Shown piece by piece: positions 21,099 to 31,349 of a stretch of DNA of 64,000 bases. The stretch lies in NCBI GenBank assembly GCA_023205875.1, contig CP060757.1:1364001-1428000 (forward strand), read 5' to 3'. The notes beneath the pieces were generated by a model, which saw only the letters and a list, made by a program, of their open reading frames with translations, searched no databases and was not told where the DNA came from. This DNA comes from Chloropicon primus. Its lineage: Eukaryota. Both the position numbers and the translations under genes were made by a program. Position 1 is the stretch's first letter; the number at the start of each line of letters is the position of its first letter.

Positions 21099-22391
21099 TT
21101 AGGATGGAGCTCCGAAGTGGGAGCACAGCCTGATAAGGTCGCTGAACACCCCGCCGGCAGTGACTTCGGCGCCCGCGCCGGGACCGGTGATCACGAGGGG
21201 CTGGGGGTCGTAGCGATCCGTCACGCACAGAATGATGTTGTCGGTGCCGTTCAATTGGGCAAAAGGGTGGGATTCGGGGTACCTCTTCAGCGAAACCGTT
21301 CCTTTTCCCGTTGCCACGTCCACGGAGCCAACGTACCGCAAGACTTCGCCGGCCGCGGCAGCCTCTTCCTGCAGCTTTGTCATCTGGTCATCGAATTCTG
21401 GAAGCTTTTGCATGAACTCCTCGCTCGAGCTGCAGGACTCCAGCTCCTTTGGAACGAGGCTCTCCACCGGGATGTCCGAGAGCTCCAGCCCAACGCCGGA
21501 TTCCCTGGCCAAGGTGGTCACCTTCCTGGCCACGTCAGTGCCCGAGAGGTCGTCCCTCGGGTCAGGCTCCGTGAACCCGTTCTCCTTGGCGGTCTTGACG
21601 ATGTCAGAAAACTTTGTCCCTCTCTTGAAGCTGTTGAAGATGTAAGACAGAGTCCCGCTGAAGACTCCTTCAACGCTCTTGATGCGATCCCCAGTATCCA
21701 CCAAGTGCTTGATCGTGCCGATGACTGGAAGGCCCGCGCCCACCGTGGCCTCGTAAAAGTAGTGGACGTGCTTCTCCTCCTGAAGCTTCTTGACCGCGTT
21801 GTACCTCTCCAAGGGCCCAGAGTTGACCTTCTTGTTCGGGGTAATGACGTGCACCCCGCTCTCCATCCACTGCTGGTAGTAGTCCGAAACGTAGTCGCTT
21901 GCGGTGCAGTCAATGATCACCGGAATCGGCATGGAGCAAGACAGCAAGTGATCTTTGATCCCGACCAAGTCGCTCGCCTCGGAGCTCCCCTCGAACCTGT
22001 CCTTCCAGTCGCTAAGCTCTATCCCTGAGTCTGACAGGAGCATCCTCTTCGAGTTCGCCAATGCGCAGATTTTGATGTCCAGGCCCCTCCTCGCCCTCAG
22101 CACGGGCAGCTGGACCCGAAACTGCTCCAGGAGAGCCTTCCCGACCAGTCCGGGCCCCACGACACCCACTGCGACCTTGATTTCGTCGGCTTCCGCCCTC
22201 GGCCTTGCCATGTTCACGGCGCCCTCTGCAGTCGTGCTCGACTCCTTTCCAAAGGTCGCCAAAGGTCTGGGACCACCCCCGCCGCCAAAGATCTGGGGGG
22301 GCCAAGCGCTTCTTCCGCCTCCGCAGAGACCCAGCGGCAGTCCTCCTCTCGTCAGCAACCTCGCCAAGTCCCTCAAGGGCGACAACGGCAT
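21099..22391 (-). CDS. Homoserine dehydrogenase (monofunctional), with N-terminal transit-like extension
   Basis: GVVGPGLVG (NAD binding), VITPNKK, YEATVGAGLP, FSGTLSYIF, EPDPRDDLSGTDVARK, GPGAGAEVTAGG. Confidence 0.93.
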   Translation of the reverse strand: MPLSPLRDLARLLTRGGLPLGLCGGGRSAWPPQIFGGGGGPRPLATFGKESSTTAEGAVNMARPRAEADEIKVAVGVVGPGLVGKALLEQFRVQLPVLRARRGLDIKICALANSKRMLLSDSGIELSDWKDRFEGSSEASDLVGIKDHLLSCSMPIPVIIDCTASDYVSDYYQQWMESGVHVITPNKKVNSGPLERYNAVKKLQEEKHVHYFYEATVGAGLPVIGTIKHLVDTGDRIKSVEGVFSGTLSYIFNSFKRGTKFSDIVKTAKENGFTEPDPRDDLSGTDVARKVTTLARESGVGLELSDIPVESLVPKELESCSSSEEFMQKLPEFDDQMTKLQEEAAAAGEVLRYVGSVDVATGKGTVSLKRYPESHPFAQLNGTDNIILCVTDRYDPQPLVITGPGAGAEVTAGGVFSDLIRLCSHFGAPS

Positions 22392-22515
22392 AAGTTTCCT
22401 GTCCTGTCCTGTCGCCTTATCCTCTTTCTCAATCAGCAAGCTCAATCAAGAAGAGGAGAGGAGAGAGAGGCGAGAGAGCTCTGTGCGGGGAGGGGAATAC
22501 ATTACAATAAGTGAA

Positions 22516-24243
22516 TTAATAGGGACCGCTCGGCTTGTTGCTGTCCTCTTGCTTCGGCTGAAGCATGTACCCCAGCTGGCCGTTTGGAAGCATGGTCTGG
22601 ACCATCGCCATGCCGCCCATCATACCACCGCCTTGCTGCTGTTGCTGGCCCCCGTATCCCCCTTGCATCTGCTGCGGCGGCATCTGCTGGGGCGGCTGCT
22701 GTTGCTGCACGTACCCTCCTCCGCCGTACCCTCCTCCGCCGTACCCACCTCCGCCGTACCCACCGCCTCCGTACCCACCGCCTCCAACTTGACCGTAACC
22801 ACCAACTTGGCCATAACCGCCCTGACCACCGTAACCGCCTCCTCCTCCCATGCCTGGGCTGTACGAGCCGCCGCCGCCGTACCCTGGAGCACCCATGCCT
22901 TGGTTGTACCCTCCGCCCATGTGGCCTTGGTTGTACCCTCCTCCGCCGCCGCCGTATCCGCCCCCCATGTGGCCTGCTTGGTTGTACGCACCTCTGCCGT
23001 ACCCGCCTCTGTTGAAGCTGCCGCCGCCCATGTTGCTGCTTTCGTCGAACCTCTTCCTCTTGTTCGGAGGGTTCCTCGCCAGCTGCACCTGGAGCACGAC
23101 CCCGTCCATCATGAAGGGGTTCACCTCGTGCGCGCTGACCGCCTTTTGGGCAGAGAAAGGATGGCAGTAGTGCACGAACCCGAACTTGATCGAATTGGAA
23201 GTCTGTGGCAGAGCGACCCTCTCGATCTCCCCAAAGGACTCGAACATGGCTCTCAGGTTCGACTCCGTCGCCGAGGCGGACACGGGCAGGCCTCCGATGT
23301 ACACAGACTTCGATTCTCCGGCGTACGGGTCGTTGTTGTTGTTGCTGCCCCCCGGCCCTTGGCTCTTCGAGAACTCTATGTTGGGTCTCGTGGAGCCGAA
23401 CATGACCTCCTCCAGCTTCTTCTTCGTCATCAGCGCGGCGCTGTGGTTGTAGAACGTGGCGAACCCGAATCCTCTGTTCATGCCCCCGTTCGACTCTGTC
23501 ACGAGCTCCAAGGTCTCGATGCCAACGCCGTGCTCTCTCACGATCGACTCGAACTCGGTCGTTGACATCTCCTTCGGCAGGCCACCGATGAAGAGCTTGT
23601 TCTTGGTCTGGCTCGGCTTCACCCTCAGGCTGTTCCCTTTGAGCATGTAGCCCTCCAAGGCCCTCTGGGCCCTCTGCGCTTGCTCCGGCGATCCAAGCAT
23701 CACGAAACCGAACTGCTTCCGCTGCCCGGTGTTCCCGTCCACGGGAATCCTCGTCTCCAGGACGGTCCAGCTAGACGCGTCGGGGTGGTCCTGGAAGACC
23801 TGAGCCAGCTCGTACTCTTCCAGGGAGATGGGGAGGTTCCCGATGAACACCTCCGAGCCGTGCTTGGGAAGGGCCAGGGGGTCTTCCTGATCTTTTTCCG
23901 GCACCGCGGAGGCGTAAGTGGGGTTCACAGGCAGGGTCTGGGCGTCCACAGGGGCCGCATCGTCCTGCACCGTCAGCGGTGGCACGCCTGGCGCCTCCGG
24001 GTCGTACTCCTCCGCCTCCGCCTCCGCCTCCGCCTCCGCCTCCGCCTTGACCCCTTCCGGTTCCTCCTCCACAGGTTCCCCCTCCTGGGTCTTCAAGTCC
24101 TCCTCCTTCTTCCCCTCTTCCGCCGCCGCCGTCGTCGTCGTCGTCGCCACCGTCGCCGTCATTTCTTTCACCGGTTCCTCCCCCTTGTTCGTTTCCTCTT
24201 CTTTCCCCATCGCCATCGTGTCGGTCGTCTTCGTTCTCACCAT
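22516..24243 (-). CDS. Three-RRM RNA-binding protein with Gly/Tyr/Gln-rich tail (hnRNP Q/R-like)
   Basis: HGSEVFIGNL/KQFGFV, KNKLFIGGL/NRGFGFATF, SVYIGGL/KFGFVHY, then GGGY repeats and a terminal PY. Confidence 0.87.
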   Translation of the reverse strand: MVRTKTTDTMAMGKEEETNKGEEPVKEMTATVATTTTTAAAEEGKKEEDLKTQEGEPVEEEPEGVKAEAEAEAEAEAEEYDPEAPGVPPLTVQDDAAPVDAQTLPVNPTYASAVPEKDQEDPLALPKHGSEVFIGNLPISLEEYELAQVFQDHPDASSWTVLETRIPVDGNTGQRKQFGFVMLGSPEQAQRAQRALEGYMLKGNSLRVKPSQTKNKLFIGGLPKEMSTTEFESIVREHGVGIETLELVTESNGGMNRGFGFATFYNHSAALMTKKKLEEVMFGSTRPNIEFSKSQGPGGSNNNNDPYAGESKSVYIGGLPVSASATESNLRAMFESFGEIERVALPQTSNSIKFGFVHYCHPFSAQKAVSAHEVNPFMMDGVVLQVQLARNPPNKRKRFDESSNMGGGSFNRGGYGRGAYNQAGHMGGGYGGGGGGYNQGHMGGGYNQGMGAPGYGGGGSYSPGMGGGGGYGGQGGYGQVGGYGQVGGGGYGGGGYGGGGYGGGGYGGGGYVQQQQPPQQMPPQQMQGGYGGQQQQQGGGMMGGMAMVQTMLPNGQLGYMLQPKQEDSNKPSGPY

Positions 24244-24336
24244 ACGATTCCTTGAGCGCCAACCAACCCTCTCTCTCTCCTCTGATCGCGGACGCGATCG
24301 ATCGCCTTCTCCTCGGGCAGCCAAGCCAGCGATCAG

Positions 24337-24369
<33 letters not shown>

Positions 24370-24414
24370 GAGGAGGAGGAGGAGGAGGGGATGAGGGTGT
24401 GGAGGAGGGGGAGG

Positions 24415-24751
24415 ATGAACCGAGGGGTCTTCGAAAAGTATGCCTTTGTCGGAGCCGGGAAGGGATACGCGCAAAGGAAGAGGGGGGAGAACGAGAACGA
24501 GAATGAGAACGAGAAAGGGAAAGGGAAAGGGTCGTGCTCGGCCAAGAGGCGGAGGAGAGAGGAGGGGGGGGGACTCGAGGCAAAACTCGGAAAGAAACCC
24601 CTCCGGTTGATCTTGGTGGGGCACAACCCGAGTCAGCACGCTTGGGCGAGCGGACACTACTACAGTAACCCTTCCAACAGGTAAGGATTGGTTTTAGGAT
24701 TGTGGGTGCTGAAATTCAATTTAGGTTGGATTGTGGCACAAGACACAAGAT

Positions 24752-24794
<43 letters not shown>

Positions 24795-25447
24795 GTGTTG
24801 TGTTGTGTGCTGACTTCACGGCTCTTGCTTCTTCTCTTGCCAGGATGTGGAAAATACTGCGGGAAACGGGGATCGCGCCGGAAGAGTTGGTCAGGGGCTG
24901 CGAGGACGACGGCAGCATGCAGGAGAGCTGCGGGGTCGGATTCATTGACGTTGGTGTCGGTATGCCTGGAACGGACTCCTCGCAGTTCACGACGAAAGAC
25001 ATGGCAACTGCCAGCAAGAACTTCTACGCTCACCTCTCGACTCATCTCGAGCGGGCCAGCGAGAGCATCGGGTGCTTGTGTGGCAAGTGCGGTTCGCCTA
25101 AACTCGTGGCGTTTACCGGCAAGAAGCAGTTCGTGGAACTCGTCAACGCCGACAGGCTGAGGCTTAACATGAAGAAGGTGCAAACGGTTCCACTGGGGCC
25201 CCAGGACTCGAGGCTGCTGCCTCAGGACTGGCCCTTTGGGAGGACCGACGCCGACACGCGAGTGTGGGTGCTGACCTCGACGTCCGGAGCGAGCGCGTTG
25301 ACGAACTCGGCCAGGATTGCGCCCTACGCGGACCTCAGCGCGGAGTTGGCAAAGATACCGTGGCCCCTGCCGAAGGACGAGGTGCTGAGGTGCCACCAGG
25401 CACCGCCAGAAAAGGAGTCGCCGCCGACGACGACGACGTCGTTGTAA
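24415..25447 (+). CDS. G/U mismatch-specific uracil/thymine DNA glycosylase (MUG/TDG, UDG family 2), 2 exons
   Basis: Intron 24681..24843 (GTAAGG...GCCAG) joins LRLILVGHNPSQHAWASGHYYSNPSNR to MWKILRETG. This matches the MUG/TDG GxNP...GH..F/Y...NRFW motif. Second motif VWVLTSTSG. An alternative ATG lies at 24391. Confidence 0.85.
24752..24809 (+). repeat. (GT)n / (TGTGT)n microsatellite inside the MUG intron
   Basis: Long tgtgtg run followed by tgttg units. Confidence 0.9.
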
Positions 25448-25582
25448 CGGTTTTCTGTATTTTATAATGTTCATATGATTGTATGTCATGTTCATAACTA
25501 TGTACTGTTACTCTTTGATAACAAAGCAGGACCTTGTCTCTTTCGTCCGTTGTGATTATGCTATCCAACAACAGTAACCTCG

Positions 25583-27512
25583 TCATACTATTCTTCGAGG
25601 AGCAAACCAGCTCCTCCAGTCGTTCGTCCCGAGCTGGCCGAGCTCACCGCGACCCCAGAGGTAGATGCTCTTGTCGGAGAGCACGGCAGCGGAGGAGGAG
25701 TCGCCCAAGGTGATCGACTCGACGGACACGTTGCCCCTCCTCAACTTCTGGAAATACTCTACGGGGGTGAAGAAAAATCTGGAGTTTCTGTCGTTGTGGC
25801 CCAGCTGCCCATAGTTGTTGTATCCCGTGGTGAACAAAGACGTGGTGCAGGTCTTGGAATTGTACATCAAGACCGCCGTGTGGCTTCCACCCGCGCAGGC
25901 GTGAACGCACCTCATGGTCTCGCCACTCTCCCCAAGCCTCACCCTTGTCGGCATCTGCCTCTTCAAGTTGTCCCCGAGTCCAAGACAGCCCTGGGCGTTG
26001 TCGCCCCACACGTAGAGCGCTCCGCTCGCAGACACTGCGAGCGAATGCTTCAGCCCGCAAGAAAGGGAGACCATGCGGTCGGGATCCTTGCTTCCCCTCT
26101 TTGGCCTGAGCGCAACGACCTCCTGCGGAATGGCCACTGACTTGAACAGGTTGGACTCTTCGTTCTGCTTGGTGTGATGGCCCAGCTGCCCGCAGATGTT
26201 GTTGCCCCAGCTGAAGACCATCCCGTTGCTGGACAGGCACATGGAGTGCGTGCCTCCCGCGGCCGCTTTCACAACCCTGTGCCTCGCCAGAGCCTCCACC
26301 CTCTTCATGGGGCCCTCATCATGGAGCTGGCCATGCCCGAGCTGGCCGTTTCTGCCCCTGCCGCACGTCCACAAGCCCCCGCAGGAGCTGGTCGCCACCG
26401 TGTGGTTGGACCCGCAGCTCACACTGGTGATCCTCACCTTGTGCAAGCAGGACAGGACCTTTGGAACGTTGAGGTCTATGGGAGTCCAGCCGCCATGGCC
26501 GAGCTCCCCGCTGGACGCGAGCCCCCAAGAGTACATCGAGCCGCTAGCCGTGATCACGGCATTGTGGGACGAGCCGCAAGCGACCTGAAGGGCCTTGGAG
26601 GAGAGCTCGGAATCCTCCTCCCCCTGGTCCAGGTCGATCCTCTGCACCGTGCAAGCGTTCTCGTACTGCCCGTTGCCGAGCTGACCGTGGAACCCGCGTC
26701 CGCAAGTGTACACCGAGCTGCTCGCTTGATCCACGAGGGCAGTGTGGTAGGATCCCAGCCCGATGAGGCTCTCCGATTTCCTGGCCTTGTCGCTCGCGGT
26801 GAGATAGTGAAGAAGGGACATCCACGTTTCCCCCCGAACCCTGTTGGGCTCCAGTCCGACCCAGTCCCTGCTCCTCAAGACCTTCCTCTTCGCGACCTCC
26901 TCCGTGACGCCCGTCTCAGCAAAGTACTTGCACGTGCAATTGAGCGCGGCGAGGGACTCGACGGGCAGGAAACTCATCACGAGCTCGAGCTCGCCCTGGC
27001 AGAGGGACCCCAAGGGCTGCTCCGGGAGCCCTCGCCCCGCCTCGGCCTTCCTCCCCGTCTTGGCCCTCTTTGCGGCCCCTGCCGCGATCACCGGGGGCGA
27101 GCTGAGGTTGAGAGAGCGTCTCGTCTCGCACTCCTCGGAGCCCGACCTCAAGAAGGAAAAACTAGGATCGCCTGTTGTTCGTTCGGCAGAGCAAGATGAG
27201 GCAACCAAACGAGTCAGTCCGTCGCACTGGAAGCGGGAAGGAGAAAGGGAAACGAAGGATTGCGGTCGGCATTGACCTGAATGACTCACGTTCGAACTTG
27301 CGCTTCGGTCGCAGGACGCTCGACACCTCGCAGTCCCCTTCGCAGGACTCTCCGCTCGACGTGGACGCATCCCTGAGCGGCGTCCCCAAGTTGGTGATCT
27401 GCTTCCTGGTATTGGCACATTGTCTAAATATATGACTCGCTGTCGGTTGCACCTCCACTCTCTCTCTCTCCCCCCCCTGTTCCTTGTCCTGACTCTCTCT
27501 CCTCCTCATCAT
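25583..27512 (-). CDS. RCC1-repeat beta-propeller protein with N-terminal F-box-like segment
   Basis: RCC1 repeats (VYTCGRGFHGQLG, YSWGLASSGELG, FSWGNNICGQLG, YLWGRGELGQLG). F-box-like ELELVMSFLPVESLAALNCTCKYF. Intron 27172..27289 (GTGAGT...ACAG) links to the 27162..27515 frame. Start uncertain. Confidence 0.8.
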
Positions 27513-28240
27513 CACACACCCCTACACACCCACACCCCCACGCACTCGTCCTGCGTCCTCCGTTGGCCTCTTGTCCCTTCCCTCGTGTATCGAATTGTCT
27601 TCGCGTCGTCTTGGTCTCCTGTTCTCGTGCTTGTGATCCCTGTCCCTGTCACTGGAACGCGGCGTTGGCGACGGACGCCCGGGTTGGTCTTGGTCTTGGT
27701 CTGTCGCGACAGGTGTGTTCTAAAACCTGCTGGTTTATTTTTGGGGTCTGTCGGTTTTTTTTTTCGAGTTTTCGGGGGGGGGGGAGAGTGAAAAACACAT
27801 CTTGGAGGAAAAAACACATCCATCTTGGAGGTTTAACGGCACCATGAACAACGAGTATTCAAAATATAACGTTATCCACCTCCTGTCGGTTCTGTTCAAG
27901 ACGTTACTTTCACTGGGACGAGGACCCAGCAATGGCGCGTGCTCCTGGACATGGAGAACGGCGAGAACGGGGACCTATCCTAAGATCAATAGCAATAGAT
28001 AAAGGTCATAGCATACCTTAGGGTACTGTGCTGCTATATACTGCTGTGCTCCTGATGCGGGTGTGTCCTCCGAACATGAAACCGAAAGACTTGGGAGAGA
28101 GCAGAGCAGAACCCACACACACACGGGCTCTCTCTCTCTCGACTGGAAGGTCGTTCTTTGCGCGCGTTTCGATTGGCATGCCGTGCGATCGGGGGGGGGG
28201 GGGGCAGGCTAGGGCACGGGGACGGATCGGCGGGGGAAAG

Positions 28241-28984
28241 TCACCACCCCAAGAAGGAACTCCCTCCGGAGCCTCCGAAACCCCCGTGGCCGCCCAAGAA
28301 CACCCCTCCGGGGTTGCCGCCCTCCTCCACCTGCTCGTCCGTGGACGTCTCCACCCTGCCATCGGGGTGCCTGATCGTCTTCGTGGTTCGCGTGACCCTC
28401 CTGCCGTTCTGGATGATGGTGCTCGTGCTCGTGCTCGTGCTCATGCCTCCGCCGAACCCCCCCATGGACGACGACATGGAGCTGGTGCTCATGAAGTTGT
28501 CCCCGCCGAACATGCCCCCTCCGCCCATCATGCCCCCTCCGCCCATCATACCGCTCATCATCTGGTGCAGGGGAGAAGTGTGGAACCCCCCGCCACCCCC
28601 GGCTGGCCGCCCAGGGAAGCCACCATCCCCGGAGAAGAAGGGGTCCGCAAAGGGGTCGACCCCACCGAAAATAGTTTGGAAGAGCTCGAACGGGTCGACG
28701 TGGAAGCCCCCGGCACCGCCGAATCCCCGTCCCCCCCGTCCCCGCGATCCGACCCCCTCCTTGACCGCCTCCAGGCCGTACGCGTCGTACACCTCCCTCT
28801 TCTCCGGGTCGCTGAGTATGTCGTACGCCTCTGCGACGAGTTTGAACCTGAGTTCCGCTTCCTGTTCGTTCCCCGGGTTCTTATCCGGGTGCCACTTGAT
28901 CGCCTGCTTCCTGTACGCCCTCCTCACCTCCCCCTCCGTCGCCTCCCTCGTCACTCCCAACACCTCGTACAGCGAGTCCTCCAT
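28241..28984 (-). CDS. DnaJ/Hsp40 class B co-chaperone (DNAJB6-like)
   Basis: YEVLGV...[15 protein letters not shown]...[18 protein letters not shown]-domain, then a G/F-rich region and [16 protein letters not shown]. Confidence 0.92.
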   Translation of the reverse strand: MEDSLYEVLGVTREATEGEVRRAYRKQAIKWHPDKNPGNEQEAELRFKLVAEAYDILSDPEKREVYDAYGLEAVKEGVGSRGRGGRGFGGAGGFHVDPFELFQTIFGGVDPFADPFFSGDGGFPGRPAGGGGGFHTSPLHQMMSGMMGGGGMMGGGGMFGGDNFMSTSSMSSSMGGFGGGMSTSTSTSTIIQNGRRVTRTTKTIRHPDGRVETSTDEQVEEGGNPGGVFLGGHGGFGGSGGSSFLGW

Positions 28985-29143
28985 CCTCTCCCCCTCTCGA
29001 TCGATCCCTATCCTATCAATATTGAATAATCCCTATCTAAAAAACTTTGGGCGGGAGATCGCTGCAGGGAGACCGGGGAACGGGGTCTCGTTCTCGATCT
29101 CGATCGCATCGCGGCGATCGTGTGCGGTGCGGTGGAGGAGAGG

Positions 29144-29841
29144 ATGGGGGCGGGCGTCTGGAGGCTTGGGAGGGAGGCCGCTGGCGTGGGGGGGGGGGAG
29201 AAGACGCGCTGGGGAGTGAGGGGAACGGGAGCAACCAGGACGGGAGGGGAACGGGGAGGCCAGGCTGTTCGGGCCAGGACAGAGGACGGGGACGGTGGGG
29301 GGGAGGGGGAGGAGGGGGGCGCACTGCCGGGATGGGTGCGGGGCGCGATAGAGAGGGGGGGGAAGGATCCGTCGGAGGTCGAGGAAACGATTGAGAGGAC
29401 GAAGAGGGAGAGCGAGGCCATGGGAATCGGGATGGAAATCCTCGTGAGAGACATGCGAAGGGGCCTGCCTCTCGCAGCCAGGGAGGTCGCCAAGGAGAAG
29501 CTGCCGTTCTACGACCCGCCACCCCTCAGCGAGGTGCAGGCGAGGCAGGCGAGCAGGGCGAGGGAGGACTTCTCGACCTTCTTCGTCTTCTCCTTCATCT
29601 TCCTCAACACGATACCGTGAGTATCTCCTCTAAAGCTTTGCCCTTCCACACCGCGACTGACTTGCAGTCTCTGCACCTTTTACCGTCCCTCAGGTGGACC
29701 CCCTTAATCCTGCCCCTGGTGGTCGAGTTGGGCGAGAGGACCAACTTGTATTCCAGGGAAACCGTGATTCCCAGCCAGCTGGACAGGGGCAAGGAGAGGA
29801 GGCTCGACCTCCTCGTCAAGAGGAGGAAGCGCCAACTGTAA
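29144..29841 (+). CDS. Small LETM1-like (N-terminal motif) membrane protein, 2 exons
   Basis: Intron 29617..29693 (GTGAGT...CTCAG). Spliced RAREDFSTFFVFSFIFLNTIPWTPLILPLV...IPSQ resembles the LETM1 R..D...VPF..F...P....LP...PS motif. Confidence 0.55.
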
Positions 29842-30560
29842 CTCCCCCCCATCTTGTTTTTGTATTTTTGTACTCAAGTCCTTTCACCTTTGCCCGCTCG
29901 GGTCGACGAAGACGTTGTTGTTGTTTGTTTGTTGTTGTTGTTGTTGTTTGATCTGATCTGAGATCATCTGTTGCCCCACGCACGCACGCACGCTTGGTTG
30001 TTGTTGACGAGACTCCGCCTCTGCCTCTGATCCCGTACCCTCGATGCGCATCGATGCTGGTAATGACGAGACTCTCCCACTGGACGCACCTCCGTGATGC
30101 GTTCCCACCCCATCGCATCATCTATTGTCTCCTTTGCCCGTCCTGGATCCGGATCCTCCCCTCGTGAGCGTAGCCGTTTGCCCGCGGGGGTACCGCCTGT
30201 ACGACTGCGGGGGCAAGAACCTGTGGGTCAACAAGATCGCCATCTTGGAAGGCGTGTGGTGTGGGTTGAGGGGAAGGGAGGGACCCTGGAAGGAAGGCAA
30301 AGGGACCAAAGCTTTGGAACGAGTGGGGAAGAAAGTCCCACGGGGGGGACGCCAGGACACCCCAAAGCATTGACCGACGCATTGGCCGGGAAGAGACAGA
30401 GGGGAGGAGCCAAGGGTGCTGGAGGGGGGTTGCTGGAGAACGAGGCTGGCAGCGGTTCGAGAGTGCAATGCGGTAGAGGCAAGGGGACAGAGGTCGGTGC
30501 GGTGACAGCAAGACGAGGTCTCCAGATGGTATGGTCTTGAGTGCGAGAAGTGGAAGATAA

Positions 30561-31223
30561 ATGGACATCTTTGGAGGTGGCGAGGAAGACAAGGCCGAGG
30601 AGAGCACCAGCATGAGCGAGTCTCGGAGGAGCGACGAGGACGTCATCGAGCTGGCTCGGGAAATCCAGGCGCCCAACATCGTCATCTCGAGCTCGGAGAC
30701 CGGGCGGCCCATGCTCCAGGACGACTCGGGGCTCCAGCGGAGGAGGTTCTCGGGGCAGCCGGACGACCGAACAGAGTCCTCCCCCGGCCGGACAAATCCG
30801 AGCGAAGCGACTTTGAACCCTCTTCTTCGGAGCTCGCAGACGAGCAAGGCGAGGGACGCCGAGGGGGAGTCCCTTGAGCGCGACGAGGAGGAGGACGAGG
30901 GCACAGACACGGACGAGGACTCTTACGACTCGGCCGAGGAGACCACTGAGGGGGGCGGGGAGGACGAGAGCAGCGATGCTTCTGCCGGGGAAGATGGCGA
31001 GGGGGAGCCACAAACCTGGGTGGGATTCCTTTACTCGGCCGCTCGAATCTCTCTGCCTTACGTGTACATGATATTCATCTCGCTGGCGCTGGCCTACTTC
31101 TTGTACCTCATAGACTCTCAGCAGAGAGAGATCCGGGGCCTGCAAACGAGAATACAGTCGATCGAGCAGGTGTGCACGAGGAAGCGGAGCGAGACGGTGC
31201 AACGTGGCCAGACAATGTACTAA
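30561..31223 (+). CDS. Hypothetical acidic protein with one C-proximal TM helix and a short coiled coil
   Basis: 220-aa ORF with an acidic disordered N-terminus and TM segment LPYVYMIFISLALAYFLYLI. Confidence 0.65.
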   Translation: MDIFGGGEEDKAEESTSMSESRRSDEDVIELAREIQAPNIVISSSETGRPMLQDDSGLQRRRFSGQPDDRTESSPGRTNPSEATLNPLLRSSQTSKARDAEGESLERDEEEDEGTDTDEDSYDSAEETTEGGGEDESSDASAGEDGEGEPQTWVGFLYSAARISLPYVYMIFISLALAYFLYLIDSQQREIRGLQTRIQSIEQVCTRKRSETVQRGQTMY

Positions 31224-31349
31224 TACAGTTACTCGGCGTTTTTTGAAAAAGCCAATTTCCAAACTCTCGACTGAAATGGATTAATTCATATACTTTGTGT
31301 TTGGAGTCGCCCCGCCGGTCAGGGTCAGGATCGACACCTTGCGGTGAAA

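Noticed and set aside
25583..27512. UVR8 photoreceptor call for the RCC1 protein
   Set aside because: It lacks the triple GWRHT tryptophan motifs and carries an F-box-like N-terminus.
27791..27831. Short direct repeat aaaaacacatc(catc)ttggagg
   Set aside because: It is a two-copy slippage-type duplication in noncoding DNA with no further structure.
27980..27989. ctaagatcaa resembling the 5' region of U2 snRNA
   Set aside because: Only ~10 nt match; the branch-point pairing sequence GTGTAGTA and the remaining U2 sequence are absent.
29884..30540. Short ORFs between the LETM1-like gene and the 30561 gene
   Set aside because: They show no recognisable motifs and several have non-ATG starts; this is more likely UTR or promoter sequence.
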